DNA of 64,000 bases from Oikopleura dioica (Eukaryota; Animalia; Chordata), in assembly GCA_907165135.1 (NCBI GenBank), contig OU015568.1:14198001-14262000 (forward strand). Reading direction: 5' to 3'. The notes beneath the pieces are model-generated. The model did not search any database and was not told the origin of the DNA. It saw nothing but the letters and a program-made list of their open reading frames with translations. Positions 36,291 through 49,260 of this stretch are shown here, piece by piece. Positions within the stretch are counted from its first letter, which is position 1. Each line of letters opens with the position of its first letter. The position numbers and the translations under genes were made by a program.

Positions 36291-38386
36291 ATGGAGAAAG
36301 CGCTTGACGCTCGAGCGCGATTACGTCAGAAAAGGGCGATGACAGCGGAAGAAATGGATTCATTTTGCGCGATGTACGACGATATCATCAAAGCATTCGA
36401 ACTTCAACGAAAAGAAAAGTACGAGGCTGAGGACTCGCTTCTGAGCCTCGCGATGGTAATGGAAAAGACGAGACAAAAGTACATCGACCTGAACTCCGAA
36501 GTCATCGATTTGCGCCATAATAACAACGTTCTCCAAAACGAACTTAAAACTATCTCCACCAAATACAGGCTCGCTCGGGACTCCTTGTATGAAGAGACAA
36601 AGGCAAAGGAAATGTTGCAGAAGGAAATCAAAGATATGGAGGGCACTGTGGCCCTCGTAAAAGATATCATCTTCGAAAACAACCAGAACATCAAGCTCGA
36701 TGAAAGTCAACGGAACCGGCTGGTCCGGGCGTGCTCCGTCAAGAGAACAGATTCGATTCGAGCGACTCCAATGAAAAAGCTCATCCCAAGAAGACCGGTT
36801 GCAGAAGAAACATTTTTTGATGAGACTTGCATGAGCCAGGATGATGTTTCTTTCGACGAAACACTTGATGAAGAAGAAATTCAGCCGATGACTCCTGTTT
36901 TCAAAACTCCAAGGTACCCCTTTTCATCAACTGTGATTTCATAAACAATTTTAAGACGTGGAAAACGGTCTGTTGATACGCTGAAAATGGACGAAACAAA
37001 CTTACCAGAAGCATCCAGCACGATTTGCTCCAGTGAAAACGACTCCATGGCCAAAAAGTCAAAGGTAAATTAATCTAGAATATTAATTACTCAATGAATA
37101 TTAAAGGTGATGGAAGAGTCTGAACCCGCCTTCAAGGGTACAGTTTCTGCGGTGAAACGCCGCAGTCAAGGTTTCACAAAACCAACAGGCGCTACCGCAC
37201 GACGGCGGCAAAGTCGTCACTTCAGGCAATCTGCAATCATGGAGGACTCATTTGAAGTGATTCAAGAAGAAAAGACACCTGATACGACTCCTGATACAAT
37301 TTCGAACGCAGACTCTTTCTTCCAGACGCCTCAAATCGTCGCCAACACTGCAAAGCCGAGAAAATTGAAGCTTGATAGAACTAGCAGCGTTTGCTCTGAC
37401 AAATCGAACAGATCAGACCTTGTTGAGCACAAATTCACCACAAGCCGAGTCTTGACTTTTGAAACCTGCCGAGTTTGCTTCAAAGGCATCAAGTTTTATT
37501 CGAAAGCGAGCAAGTGCGATGAGTGTAAGGTCATCTGCCACCCTGATTGCGTCTCCAAGCTTGACATCACCTGCAAAGATACGAGCGTTCCGATCGAGAA
37601 AGTTACCGTCGGTCCAAAGCCACTTGAAGCCTTTGTCGACAAATCCCAAAAGCCGCGTATTCCTGGGGCGATTTATTACGCTATTCACGGCGTCGATCAG
37701 CAATTGACTGAAGAGGGTATTTATCGAATTCCCGGGTCAACTAAAACTCTCCAGGAAATTAAACGCAAGGTTATATTTGGTGACGTTAACTCTGTCGTCT
37801 GGGCGGATATCGACGTGCACACACTTGCATCGTTTGTCAAGGTAAATTAAAATCATCCAACCGGCTCGCAAAAAGAATTATTTAGGACTTCCTTAGATGT
37901 CAAATCTCCGAACCAATTCTCACATTCAAGCTCCTTCCACAAATTATCGAAGCCGCAAAGCATGGCTACTCTGAAGTGCTGAAGAAGCTCATCAAAAAGC
38001 TTCCTGATGCTAATCGAGACACCATCGCATTCATCATCGTCCACTTGCAAAATGTCATCACGAATTCGAAGAAAAACCAAATGTCCGAAAACGCTCTCGG
38101 TAAGAAATGCATTTTTTATTTTGAAACTAATAAAATCCCGTCTAGCAATCGCAATCGGACCCTCCTTGGTCGGCTTCACGAAAGATAAACCTTCGGCTCA
38201 AGAAATAAAAGATGCCGCTGAATATCAGGTGCGTTTTCTTTTGATTAAGTATTCTCATCGATTAATAAATCATTTCAGGAGATCGTTGCTGAAAATCTGC
38301 TTCGCATTCCAAGGGACTTCTATTGGAGCTTGATGGACGTACCTGAAAACAATATTGTCGCTAACGAAGGTGCCGACCCGCTTTGA
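36291..38386 (+). CDS. RACGAP1: Rac GTPase-activating protein 1 (MgcRacGAP/CYK-4)
   Basis: N-terminal coiled coil. C1 domain HKFTTSRVLTFETCRVCFKGIKFYSKASKCDECKVICHPDC. RhoGAP domain EEGIYRIPGS (Arg finger), LPDANRDTIAFIIVHL, NQMSENAL and IGPSLVG. Confidence 0.9.
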
Positions 38387-39107
38387 TTGTCGAAGATATA
38401 GATCCCCACTTCTACTTTAACTTCTTTACGTTCCAACTTTTGTACCATATCACTGATCTTAAGACATTCCTACTCTTTCTCTCTACCTTTCCGCTTATAA
38501 TACATTCCAAAAACATCAACATCTCATGATGTATCCGTCTGCATAGCGCCGGATTCATTTTTTTCTTATTTTCATGGCAGGCAATTGAATTTATATTTAT
38601 AAGCAGTAAGGGCTAATGGGCCATTAGTAATGACATTAGTGAGTGTCTGAAAGTTAAGTTAGGTTAAGGTTTTATTATTGCGGAGGTATTTGAGGCTACG
38701 AAGGGTATTAAAAATTGAGAAGCGCTCATTTATATTTGAGCAGGCGTCAGTGCTGAGAGTCACAAGTCCTACGCACTCTTCAAGGCATTTTTCATTGAAT
38801 TTCAAGCATAGAATTAAGAGGATCAATTTTACGAAGATTATTGAATAGTAACGAAAAGAGGTAAGTCAGATAATTCTTCGATGAATGATAAAACAACACC
38901 AGAACCTTTTTGGGCAGTTTAAATCTCATAAGTTGAACTCTCTTAAATTAGCCGTTAGCGGAGTTTAATCAAATCTCCAGATCGAAATATAAAGACCAAA
39001 TTAAAATCCAATTAGGAATCCTCGCTTGGCTGAAATCACTTGGTTTATTGGAGCATCCAGTCTTAAGAGTTTGAAGATTATTCGAGAGACCCCAAAGAAA
39101 ATATCAG

Positions 39108-39882
39108 ATGAATGAAATTTTCCGAATTGCAGCAATCCTTCCGTTCATATCTGCAGGTAGGTACCTTTACAGCGGATAGCTAAGATGAATAGTTTTTTCA
39201 TGTTTCGTAGAAATTTCAAACAATAGAATCATTAAATAATTTTTTTCTTGCTTTAGGTTCAAAGAGCGTAGAATTTCGTGGCAAGCATCTATAGAATTCG
39301 ACTTATTAAAACCACATTTGTGGGCTCAGTAACTCAATTTCTGCTTTCGCCAAGCTCTGATTGTCGACTTTTGATTAGATTGATTTTGGTCTTGAATAAT
39401 TCAGTTTTGTCTTTGAGAAAGGGTAACCCTCCTTTAGAGTGGGCTGAATGGTCTCGTTGCAACAGTTGGTGCAGCAAGGGGATGAGAAACCGATTATGGT
39501 TCAATAACGAAACACAGGAGTTGACAGACAAAGTGCCGGATCTACAAGAGTCCCGGGAGGAATGTGATGGAGAAGATCTTTTTTGTGCGTTGTCATTAGG
39601 CCTGCCAGGCGTCTTTGCGCTTTTGGCAACTCTTGCTATTTACACGCTTTGCAGGTATTTTTTAGGAAATTGATCAGGGTCATTTTATTTTAAGAAAAAC
39701 ATCCTCTGGGGACTTATCTCGAGGTCACAAAGCTCTACTCAGCTATCGAACTGTATTCGGTGCTAGAAAGAGTAAGGCGAAAGCTGAAGCGGCTAAAAAG
39801 GTAAATTCGTTTTAGCAACAAGATTAGACTTTACACTTAGGAACCTGTAGCGGAAGAAGCCGCGGAAATCCAAGACACCTGA
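39108..39882 (+). CDS. Small single-pass membrane protein with a TSP1-like motif
   Basis: WAEWSRCNSWCSKGMRNR...ECDG is followed by TM LSLGLPGVFALLATLAIYTLC and two spliced cytoplasmic exons ending ...EIQDT*. The 5' exon structure is unresolved. Confidence 0.5.
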
Positions 39883-40418
39883 TTCTTCAAGTGAGAGTTC
39901 AAGACTTTTTGCATGATCTTGCATTATTATCTTTCTTGCAAAGGAACGAGCCTTCAGATTTATTTTATTTTTATTGCAAATAAATGGATAAGCACAACCC
40001 AATTTTTGAAAACACAACAATGAGAATTGGATTATCTCCTGCAAGTCAAGATGGATTTCGATCAAGTTATTCGCGCACGAGCAATCTAAATGGATGAATA
40101 TAATTCTGGAAGATATAATACGTCGTGACGTTGAATATAAAAGTCAAGAAGATCAGGATTATCAAGCACTTCGATGGCTCGCTCTTCAAATCGTCGGCAG
40201 AGAACAGATATTTTATAGACTTCAGCGTTTGACAGCATTGCGGGTCTTTAAAAGGGTTCAGCAATCAAGAATTGGCAATTGCTGTATTTATTATTAAAAA
40301 TTGTTGTATTATTTGAACCCGCTCGCGAAGACCGCGTTGTATGTGGTTATTGTATTCCAGAATGAGCTGTTTGATGGAAAATCTATACCGCCGTCGTTTC
40401 TGAAGCAAATGCATTAAA

Positions 40419-41059
40419 TTATTTACATTTATCACATGCCGTCCAAACCTTTATCCGCACCAGCAAAATCACAAGTTGCTCGTCAAATGGTTGCTCGGGA
40501 GTTATTTCGTACGGTTCGAGGCGCACTTCTTCTGCGGCGTCTCTTTTGTTTGAAATAAATTTTCAAAGTCCTTGAAAAGAAAAACTTACCTAAAGTACTG
40601 GTAGAGTTTGAAGACGCAGAATGTACCAATTAAAGGAGCAAAGACCCAGTACGTAGCTTCTGGAGGTCGACGATATTCCATTTGAGGCCCGGCTGCATCT
40701 TTACGATCCCGTTGATACCTCCGTTCATATTTCGAATTCGGATTTGGCTGCCTTGCGTTTCTTATGTCCCAGCTCGACTCTGTCCTTTCAATTTCTGCCT
40801 TCGCCGGGTTTTCTAAGATCTCAGCAGCTTCTTTCAAGTCTCTGAACTTCTTCGCGTCGCCCGAATCTTGATTATCTGGATGATACTTCTTCGCTTTTTC
40901 GAGGTAAGCCTTCTTGATCTCTTTCGGAGAGCTGCTTTTGCTCACGCCTAGAAGATTTTCTGCCTAAAATTTTTGACAAAAGAATTTTATTCGTGAGATG
41001 ATAACCTCTTTCAGGGTGAGCTTGCGATAGAGAATTCTTCGTATGGAGAAGAATTTCAT
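40419..41059 (-). CDS. J-domain (DnaJ/Hsp40 type C) protein with C-terminal TM segment, likely mitochondrial
   Basis: [13 protein letters not shown] presequence-like N-terminus, [27 protein letters not shown] (HPD motif) and hydrophobic [20 protein letters not shown]. Confidence 0.85.
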
Positions 41060-41387
41060 TAAATAAAGCCCTACGAGCTCATCCTGATAACTATCATTTA
41101 TTAATTGCTTGTCGCATAAATAGATTTTCCTTCTAGAGATTATATAAGATTTTAAATTTAAAATAAAAAATCAAAAAGTACCTTTCGTTGTTGATTTCCG
41201 AAGCACGGAATCAGCAACGATGAGCATTAAATTCGACTTTCCGCGAATATGCAGTCGTAAATATGATAGATTTGCAGAAATATTGCAATGCAAATAGAAT
41301 CTGCTGAATCATTGGTTGATTATTAATACGTCGACGTGAAGAATACTCTTATTTCCGAGTCTTATTAAATACGACTAAGAGAAGAAA

Positions 41388-42527
41388 ATGGGTAACATCT
41401 GTGGATTTGAGATTCGAGGAACCGTTGTTGACTTTGAGGACTTCGACTGCGACGCTGATTGCGAAGTACTTCACGAAGCGTTCCATAGTAAACTTGACTC
41501 GAAAGATAGCGGTTTAAATTATTTAAGAGCGGATTGGAGTCCACGAAGATGATATCATCGAGATCCTCTGCAATAGATCGAACGCTCAGCGACTCGAGAT
41601 CGCTGAAAACTACAAGGGACTCTATGGCGAGGACATGTATGATCGACTCGACAAGATCCGCCGAAAGGACCTTCGACGACTTCTCAAAGGTCTCGCAAGA
41701 AGCCCCTCTGAATATGCTGCTCGTCAGTTGAGAAAGGCTATGAAAGGACCCGGCACTGACGAGAGCACTCTTATCGAAATCATCTGCACAAAGACAAACG
41801 GACAACTTGAAGAAATCAAAGAAACGTACGCTGAAGTCTTTGATCGAGACCTCGAAGATGATGTATGCAGAGAGACTCGCGGTGACTTCAAGGTAAATGT
41901 CATCTCCCGGCAAGTTTAATTTATGGTTTCCTTTCAGCATCTCTTGGTCGCTGTTCTGCAGTGCTCTCGAGAAGAAGGCGTCGATGAAATTGACGAGGAC
42001 GAAGCTGAGGCTGATGCCCAGGCTCTCTATGATGCTGGAGAGGATAGATGGGGAACAGACGAGAGTGTTTTCACACAGATTCTCTCGCACAAGAGCTGGC
42101 TCCAGCTACGCGTCATCATGAACAAGTATGAAGACATTGCTGGAAACACCCTCGAAGAAGCAATCGAATCAGAGTGCAGAGGAGACTTGCGAAAGGGATA
42201 CAAGGCAATCGTACGACTCGCAAAGAACCCCGCCTATTTCTACGCTCGACAGCTGTACAAGGCTATGAAAGGTCTTGGAACAGAAGAAGAAGATATTTTC
42301 AGGTTGAAGTTTGTTTGTGTTCTGTGTTTCAATGTGTTTTAGATACATCATTTCCACTTCTGAGACTATTCTTGGAAACATCAAGGAAGAATACGAAGCC
42401 GATCAGGTAAATTCGAATAATGCTTTATCAATTTAACATATCCCAGGGTAAATCTCTTGAAGATGCTCTTGACGGAGATTTCCGAGGCGACTGCTGCGAT
42501 GCCCTTCTCAAAATTGTTTCTGAGTAA
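41388..42527 (+). CDS. Annexin (four repeats), MGN N-terminus
   Basis: IIEILCNRSNAQR, LRKAMKGPGTDESTLIEII, DAGEDRWGTDESVFTQIL and LYKAMKGLGTEEE, ending ...DALLKIVSE*. Confidence 0.96.
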
Positions 42528-42599
42528 CTTGTGCTAACCTGATTACTATTTCTCAAATTTTCTAAATAAAGATTTCTTAAAAAACATTTATTGGAAATT

Positions 42600-45500
42600 T
42601 TATTGTGACAGTAGTCGAGGGCGTCGTCGAGTTCCAGAAGAAACGCGATCATCAAGATTGAGATCGGTATTTCCTAAAATGATCATTCACACTAGAATAA
42701 TGTTTTAAAGCGGTACTTAGACGCAGATTCGTTGAGCTTTCTGATTGCATGTTAGACAATTCCTTCTTCAAAATCCGCCCATCGTAAAAGTTCTCATTGA
42801 TAGACACAAATCTAGGAGTGAGGGGTTCAAGCGTATCATCTTCTTCTGAAGCCTGTCTCATGATTCTGTCAGATGACAAGGATCTTCTTGCGTCTCGAAC
42901 GAGCTTTGTGTTCCTATAAAATTTATCAGAAAAGCAGCTTTAGTTTTCCCGCTTTACCGATAGATGACCGTCTGACGGGATTTGGGTCGGAGTCTTCCCT
43001 GGGTGATGTAGTTTGGACTCTTGAATTCTGTCAAAATCTTTATTATGGCTTCATTACATCAAAAATATTGATAAAAAGTCTGATGTTGAAGCCATGAGTA
43101 AAAGGCAGGGCCAGAAACAGAGCTTGATTCTTCAAATTGAAATAGATCAGTCTGGTCGAGTGCACTGTGGGTAGCATCATCACAATGAATTCGGTTAATT
43201 TGGCATTCGGATTCTAGTGTTAGCGCTCGTTGTACTGCTTCGCCGATGACAGTAAATTTAGGCATATTGAGATTCGGAATGCATGAAGTTACCCCGCCAG
43301 TAGCAATACCTATTCGCATCCGAAGCCGTTCCATATTCAAGTGTTGGATCCGAAAGTTCAAGTGTATTTTGCACCGTATCTATGTTCTTGACTCAAGACT
43401 TTTACACCTTCCCATGATACCTGAAGAGCGAAACGAGCAAGATCGACCTCATGATTTTCATATTTGACGGGGCATCCTGCAGAAATCATATACGAGTCTC
43501 CGAGAGTTTCAACTTTGAAAAGATTCGGAAAGTTGTGAAGTGTATCATCAAACAGGGTAAATAATGTCTCCAGCATCAGGAAAATCTCTTTTGGTGTAGA
43601 TCGCTTTGATATTTTTGTATAACCAACAATGTCGAAGTTGAGAATTGATGCCTTTGGAAAATACTCTGGCTCCGGTATCGTACCATTTCTGATTTGAGCA
43701 ACTTCTTTTCGTGGAAGAAACATTGAAGATATCGCATCGACCCGGTCTCTTTCGTCAAGCTGCTATTGGTTTTCAGATTATTAAGAGAATAAATTAAATG
43801 AAAATTATTCAAACCATTCCAAAATTTTTGTCTTTTCTTTCACAAGACGCTCTGTATTTTCCGCGTAAGTTTCAAGAAGACCAACGAAGGAATCAATGAT
43901 TGACTTGCTCTTTTCTCCAAATCTTGAAGAGTGTGAATACTGAAAGTGTGGCAAAATATCTCTGAACCACGCGGGTCTTTTATAAGCGTCTTCACTCCAG
44001 CAAGCTTCTAACAAAGCAACTTCTTCAGGTGTCAGCCAATGCTCATTTGAAGAAGTCGGTTTTTCAAGAGTTGGTCTGAATATCTCCGACTGAACAGCGC
44101 GAACTTGTTCAATTTTCTGTTCCTCAGTGAAAGTCTCGTCGCCGATGTAAAATGGCCCTCTTCGGTAAAGAATTTCTTGGAAGACGATTGCAAAGGAGTA
44201 GACATCGCATCGTCTGAGAATATTGGGCGGATCTTTTTGAGAAACGTAAAATCGAAGAGTTTCTGGAGCTTTGTAAATATCAGGTTGAGATTTAGCTGGC
44301 CGACAAGGGTCGAAATTTGATATCTTTACTCTGAAACAGGCGTCAAGTAAACAACTCTTGGATGAGAAGGCTCCATGAAAGCCAAGTTCATTTTCCAAAT
44401 AAACGAGTCCGCACAGAATATCGATTGCGAGAACAAGCTTGACTTCAAGAGTCAGTTCAAGATTTGCATAATAATTTGAGGACAGAAAGTGGTGCAAGCT
44501 ACCGCGGTTGCAATAGTGAATCACCCTGTAGCTTTTTGTCCGAGAGTTGAAAATGCCTTCAAATTTTGCGATGTTGGGCCCTTCAATTCTGATCACTCTT
44601 CTGATCGATTGGAGGCTATCTCGATTTGGCTGCAGTTTAGTTTCCAGTGGAAGTAAACCAACTAGAATTCGTTTCCGCTGCCCTGATTTCTCAATCTTCA
44701 AATTGTAAACTCCAAGTTCACAGAAGCGCCTCGACGGAATCTTCACGCCTTCTATCAAATTAAATCTGCTCCCTCTTCGCGTTGTTGATCTCGATGTTGA
44801 TCGTCTGAAAGAGTTACCAGATGCCATTTCGTTTGCATCTCGGATCATAAAAATCCTTGACGCGGGGATTTCCCATTCGAGCTTGATAAGCTGACGCTCG
44901 TACAAAAAGTCCATGAACAAGCCGGATCCCTTTAGTAGTACGAAAATGACGCCGACCAGACCAACAGTGCCACCAAGAACGAAGAGAATGATTTGCTCAG
45001 TTGTGAAGAACTCTTCTTCATACTCTTCATCTTCTGTCGGTTCTAGATGATGCGTTGATCAAACAAAACAGAATAAAAAAGGTCACCTGTATGGTTGAGA
45101 CGCTGAAGAACAATGTAGCAAACATCAGTATTGCAGACGCGATAGATTTCCTCTCCATGGTCAACTCGGATGAGCTGTTTCCAGTTTTTCAGGTTTCGAT
45201 CAAAGTAACTTTCCTTTGAGTGAAATATAGCTCTCTTGTTATTTCCAACTAATTTCAAGCAAGTCCTGAGAGAAAAATGACCGATTTGAAAGTTGTCCTC
45301 GTCGAGCTCAATCTGTTCGGCGTATCTTGTAACGAATGTTGGTCTTCCAGTGCGTGGATCTTCGATGTATTCAGTTACTTCCTGAACGACTTGAGATCCG
45401 TTTGGGGGGATTTGCATGTCGTAGAAATCGAGGCAGATACGATAGAAGTCAATAGCTGCTGTGTAGCCACGAAGAATCGGACTTGTTGGCATTTGAATTC

Positions 45501-46625
45501 TGAGATGATTATCAATTGTTGGTCGAAAATTGATTTGTTCTTGTATCTTTTCTTTGGATACAACTTGCACTATTACAAAGCGAAAAAGACAAGTTAAGCC
45601 TTTCCTGATAAACATCCAAATACGACAAAAAGCCGCTTGGTGCCAGATCGCCTTCCAGATTGTATTCATTGAGTAGAACCCAGGTTTTTTTCAAGAGCTC
45701 CTTGATGAACCAGTTGATTGTCGAGTCGTCGCGCTGCTGATGTTTTTTATTAAGAATATCCTTGAAAACATTTGGCGGAGCAAAAATGACGTCGAAAGAG
45801 TCAATAATGTCTTCCAAGCTCTGAGGAACGCTCCAGTCTTCGTTTGAGGAATATGAGCCCGGGAGAAATTTACGCTGTCCTTTTATTAGAGCAGAAACGA
45901 TATGTTTTGCTGTTCCTTCTGATTGTTCATTGAAGTATTTTTCTATGTATAACATTCTTCTTCCAGTGTCATAAGAATCTGTCGATGAATATGGAGGGCT
46001 ATTATCAGCTAAAATCATAGCAATCGAACTGAATTAAAAAGAGGTTTTTTACGTTTGAGCGGTAGAATGATCATAATTATCCGCTTCCAGTTGAAATAGG
46101 TCTTCATGCTCCACATCGACTTGGCGATATATTTATAACTTGGACCAAGCGATATAACATTTCGATAATTATTATCCAATCTGTGCCCAACCGTGACCAC
46201 TGGTAGTCCGGTTCTATCATCAGGAACAGTGATCGGCCTATTTCGATGATCAAAGCTCCAGTGAGCGCTTTGGCTGAGAAGTGTGTCGTATCCTTTGGGA
46301 CAAGAAAAGCCAATAGCAAAGTTCATGTCTTCATTGTATGGATAAGTTGTATCGATAACAGTACGAGGTGGGAGAATTTTATTGAATCTTCGTATTCCTG
46401 TTGATAAGATTTCAACATTGTCGCAGTGTTTTCGTTCTTTATGAATGTTTTTTGTTGGTTGTTAGTTTACGATTTTGTGTGGTTACCTTGAATTAGCTCG
46501 TATTTAGGAAATCCTCGTAATATTGTTTCTATGTTTTCACAACTCCAATCACTGTAGTTTGAGCAGAAGACGGTTAAAATTCTTGCATTGCACGAAAATA
46601 GTAAAAAGGGAAGTAAAACTATCAT
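42600..46625 (-). CDS. Receptor guanylyl cyclase, natriuretic-peptide-receptor type, with degenerate catalytic site
   Basis: Signal peptide MIVLLPFLLFSCNA. ANF-receptor-like ectodomain (GFSCP...HW...LPVVTVG...SLGPSY...FNWKR). TM IILFVLGGTVGLVGVIFVLL. Kinase-homology domain. Cyclase domain NFDIVGY, FKVETLGDSYM and RMRIGIATG. Confidence 0.9.
43763..43819 (-). other. Non-canonical GA-AG intron in the guanylyl cyclase gene
   Basis: TTG|GAATGG...CCAATAG|CAG joins KTKIL to QLDERDRVDAISSMFLP in frame. The GT donor alternative is out of frame. Confidence 0.6.
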
Positions 46626-46773
46626 AGTAGCTCATCACTGACTACACAGAAAAATTCGAATTCATTACAAAAAACTGTCATTTGCATAATATGCTGCGCG
46701 CGGTGTATATTGGTAAAAGCTGCTCTAAGTAGAAACTTGTTACTGTAAAAAGATATTTATTCAAAGCAAAATT

Positions 46774-48658
46774 TTAGACAATTGGTTGAACAGGAATAAC
46801 ATCGCAATCAAAGTTGAACTCCCATTCGATCCACCGGTTGTTGACCATAAATACTGCTGGGTACATATAGCGATCGAGAGTAAACTCAGATTCTTGCTCA
46901 TCAGTCCAGATAGGCTCTTTGAAAACACCGTTTTCATCAAGAAGGGGTGCTGGCCGTTCGTTTGTCCATTTTTCAACGCTCATTCTAAAAGAACAGTCAA
47001 AGAGATTAAAAAAAAATTGACTTACGGGCTTGAGTCGATAGGTAAATCTTCGGGAAAACCTTCAACATCTGCGAGTTTATCGTGTCCACCGACAAGCAGA
47101 ATTTGTCGAGGAGTGGCAACAACTGCAGAGAAGCCAAATCGAGGCTTAGCCATATCTCGATGTCGATGCCAGCCATCATTTTCGTCGTTACCATCAACTT
47201 CGAATGAGTAAACATGATCGGAAGCAATATGCTCAGTATTGTCATGAATCACACCACCTTAACAGAAGATTATTGATGCGAATAAAAACTTACTGTACCA
47301 AATACATAAATCCATCGATCGTAAGCCAAGGCTGCATGATCTTTGATTGCTCGGGGAAAATCTGCGATTTCAGCCCATCCCTCGCCGTTTCCGATTCTTG
47401 GGAGATAAAACTCAACTTTATGAGTGCCAGATTCTTCGCCATAATCTGGGTTTTGGGTGTCCGGATTTACGTCAACACCACCAATCATATAAGCTCGGTT
47501 TCGAACGTAAACCATGGCACCATTTCCGTGACCATAATCTAGGATGTCTTCAGGAGGAAGCTCTTCCCAGTTTTCTTTGACATCCTTGATGCTGATATGA
47601 TTTTATTATTTTTCGAAGATGGCTTTAAAATTGCTTAGAGCGTCTACTTACTACCAACAGCGATCACGTGAGTTGGCGGGCCAGTGAGGAGAACAAACCA
47701 TCACTCGGTCGTCTCCTTGGTCATAATTGACAGTTGCGCAACTATGCCCAGACCAGCCGTATTCAGTGACGCCATCCGTGAGGGTTGGGAGGGATGCTTG
47801 TTGGATGTATTCTAGTCCGCATGGGCCGACTCGAGACACTCTATCGTCACTGTAATCGTTGTTGGCGTATTTACCGCCGCTACCTCCGAGGATGTAGAAT
47901 TCACCCTTTGAATAAGTTAAGCATTTTTAGTTTTGGCTTACCCGAAATTGGACATGACAGCTTCCATGGCCAACATGATGTTCAAAGGTAGAGTAATTCG
48001 GTAGCGGAAGATGGTATTCATCAACGACCCACTTGAAAACATATGGCACTTGCCTCTTCTCACCGCTGTCTCTGCCTCCCCACTCAGAGATGATGAGAGC
48101 TGTGTGGTTAGCTTGTTCATCACAGAAACCATCGCATGGGCAACCATCAGGGCAGTAAGGGCCGCAAGGACACCGCTGGAGACATTGCTTATGTTTATCA
48201 ATGCAGTCTTGGACACATTCATTGTCGTAAGTATCGCATTGTTTGACACAGCTGCACACTTGAGTATCGCAGATTTGTTTGCACTAATAAAATTGTAAAA
48301 AGAAAAGCGATAATTGAAAATTACCCGGCCAGCTTCTTCCTCGTAGATATCTTCACAGTTTTGAGGACACTTCCATTTGTCCCCGCAAGGGCAACCCCAC
48401 ATGCAGTTCAAATGGCATGGGCAGTTTTCGAAGCAAGTCTCGTGGTCTCTCAGGCATTTGTGGATCTTGTCGTAGTCACCATTTGACAGTGAGATGCAAA
48501 TGTTCATCTCTATTATAGATTGGCATAGAATAAGTCCTTATAAAACTTGGTGTACCTGTATTGCACTCATCCTCGCAAACTTTTGACAAATCAAGGGCAT
48601 TGCAGGACTCATTGTAGAAGGCCCACGACGTCCCGAAAAGGAGCAAAAACTTGATCAT
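46774..48658 (-). CDS. Secreted Cys-rich-repeat plus Kelch-repeat protein (paralog A)
   Basis: MIKFLLLFGTSWA signal, FYNESCNALDLSKVCED, two CPC..C..GCPC modules, then Kelch blades (RNRAYMIGG, WAEIADFP..IKDHAALAYDRWIYVFG, MAKPRFGFSAV..ILLVGG). Confidence 0.82.
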
Positions 48659-49260
48659 TTTCACGAAATCCAACGCACGCAATTTTTGTGATTGGAAGCA
48701 AAAAGTGCCAGCTGGTATTTTCCCAGTGCATATCTTCTAGGCAAGAGAAAACAATTCTCTTCGTCAACAGCGTCAAATGGTCTTTCGGTGATCATCTGCT
48801 GGAGTCTCATGGAAATTTAGACAATTTTATATGCCAATTTTTTTCAATAAGAATAATTTTAATTACCTTAAAATTATTATTTGAAAATAAGGATGCTAAA
48901 TCGACAATCTTGACATGGATAATATCCAATAATTGGATTCCAATTATTAATATGGAATATAAATAACTGGGATTCGCGATAATATATTATGATATATCGG
49001 AAACCGCTTATCAAAATAGGCGCAAATGTCAACGCTTATTTATTTTCCTCCTTTATCGTAACCCAACGCTGCCGCGAGTCTCAAACCGCTCCAATGACTT
49101 TACGCTATTGTTGGATCGCAACAAAAGAAATTTTTATTATCGGCCAGTTTTTCAAAATAGCCAAGAGTAGACCTACCGTAAAAGGATTTACTTTTAAGAC
49201 TTTCAGCTCGAAAGTTTCAAGTTAAAAAGAAAAAAGAGCGTCAGAAACAGAGAGCGTTCA

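Noticed and set aside
40094-40297. 67-aa plus-strand ORF between the TSP1-TM and DnaJ genes
   Set aside because: No recognisable domain and no clear start or downstream exon.
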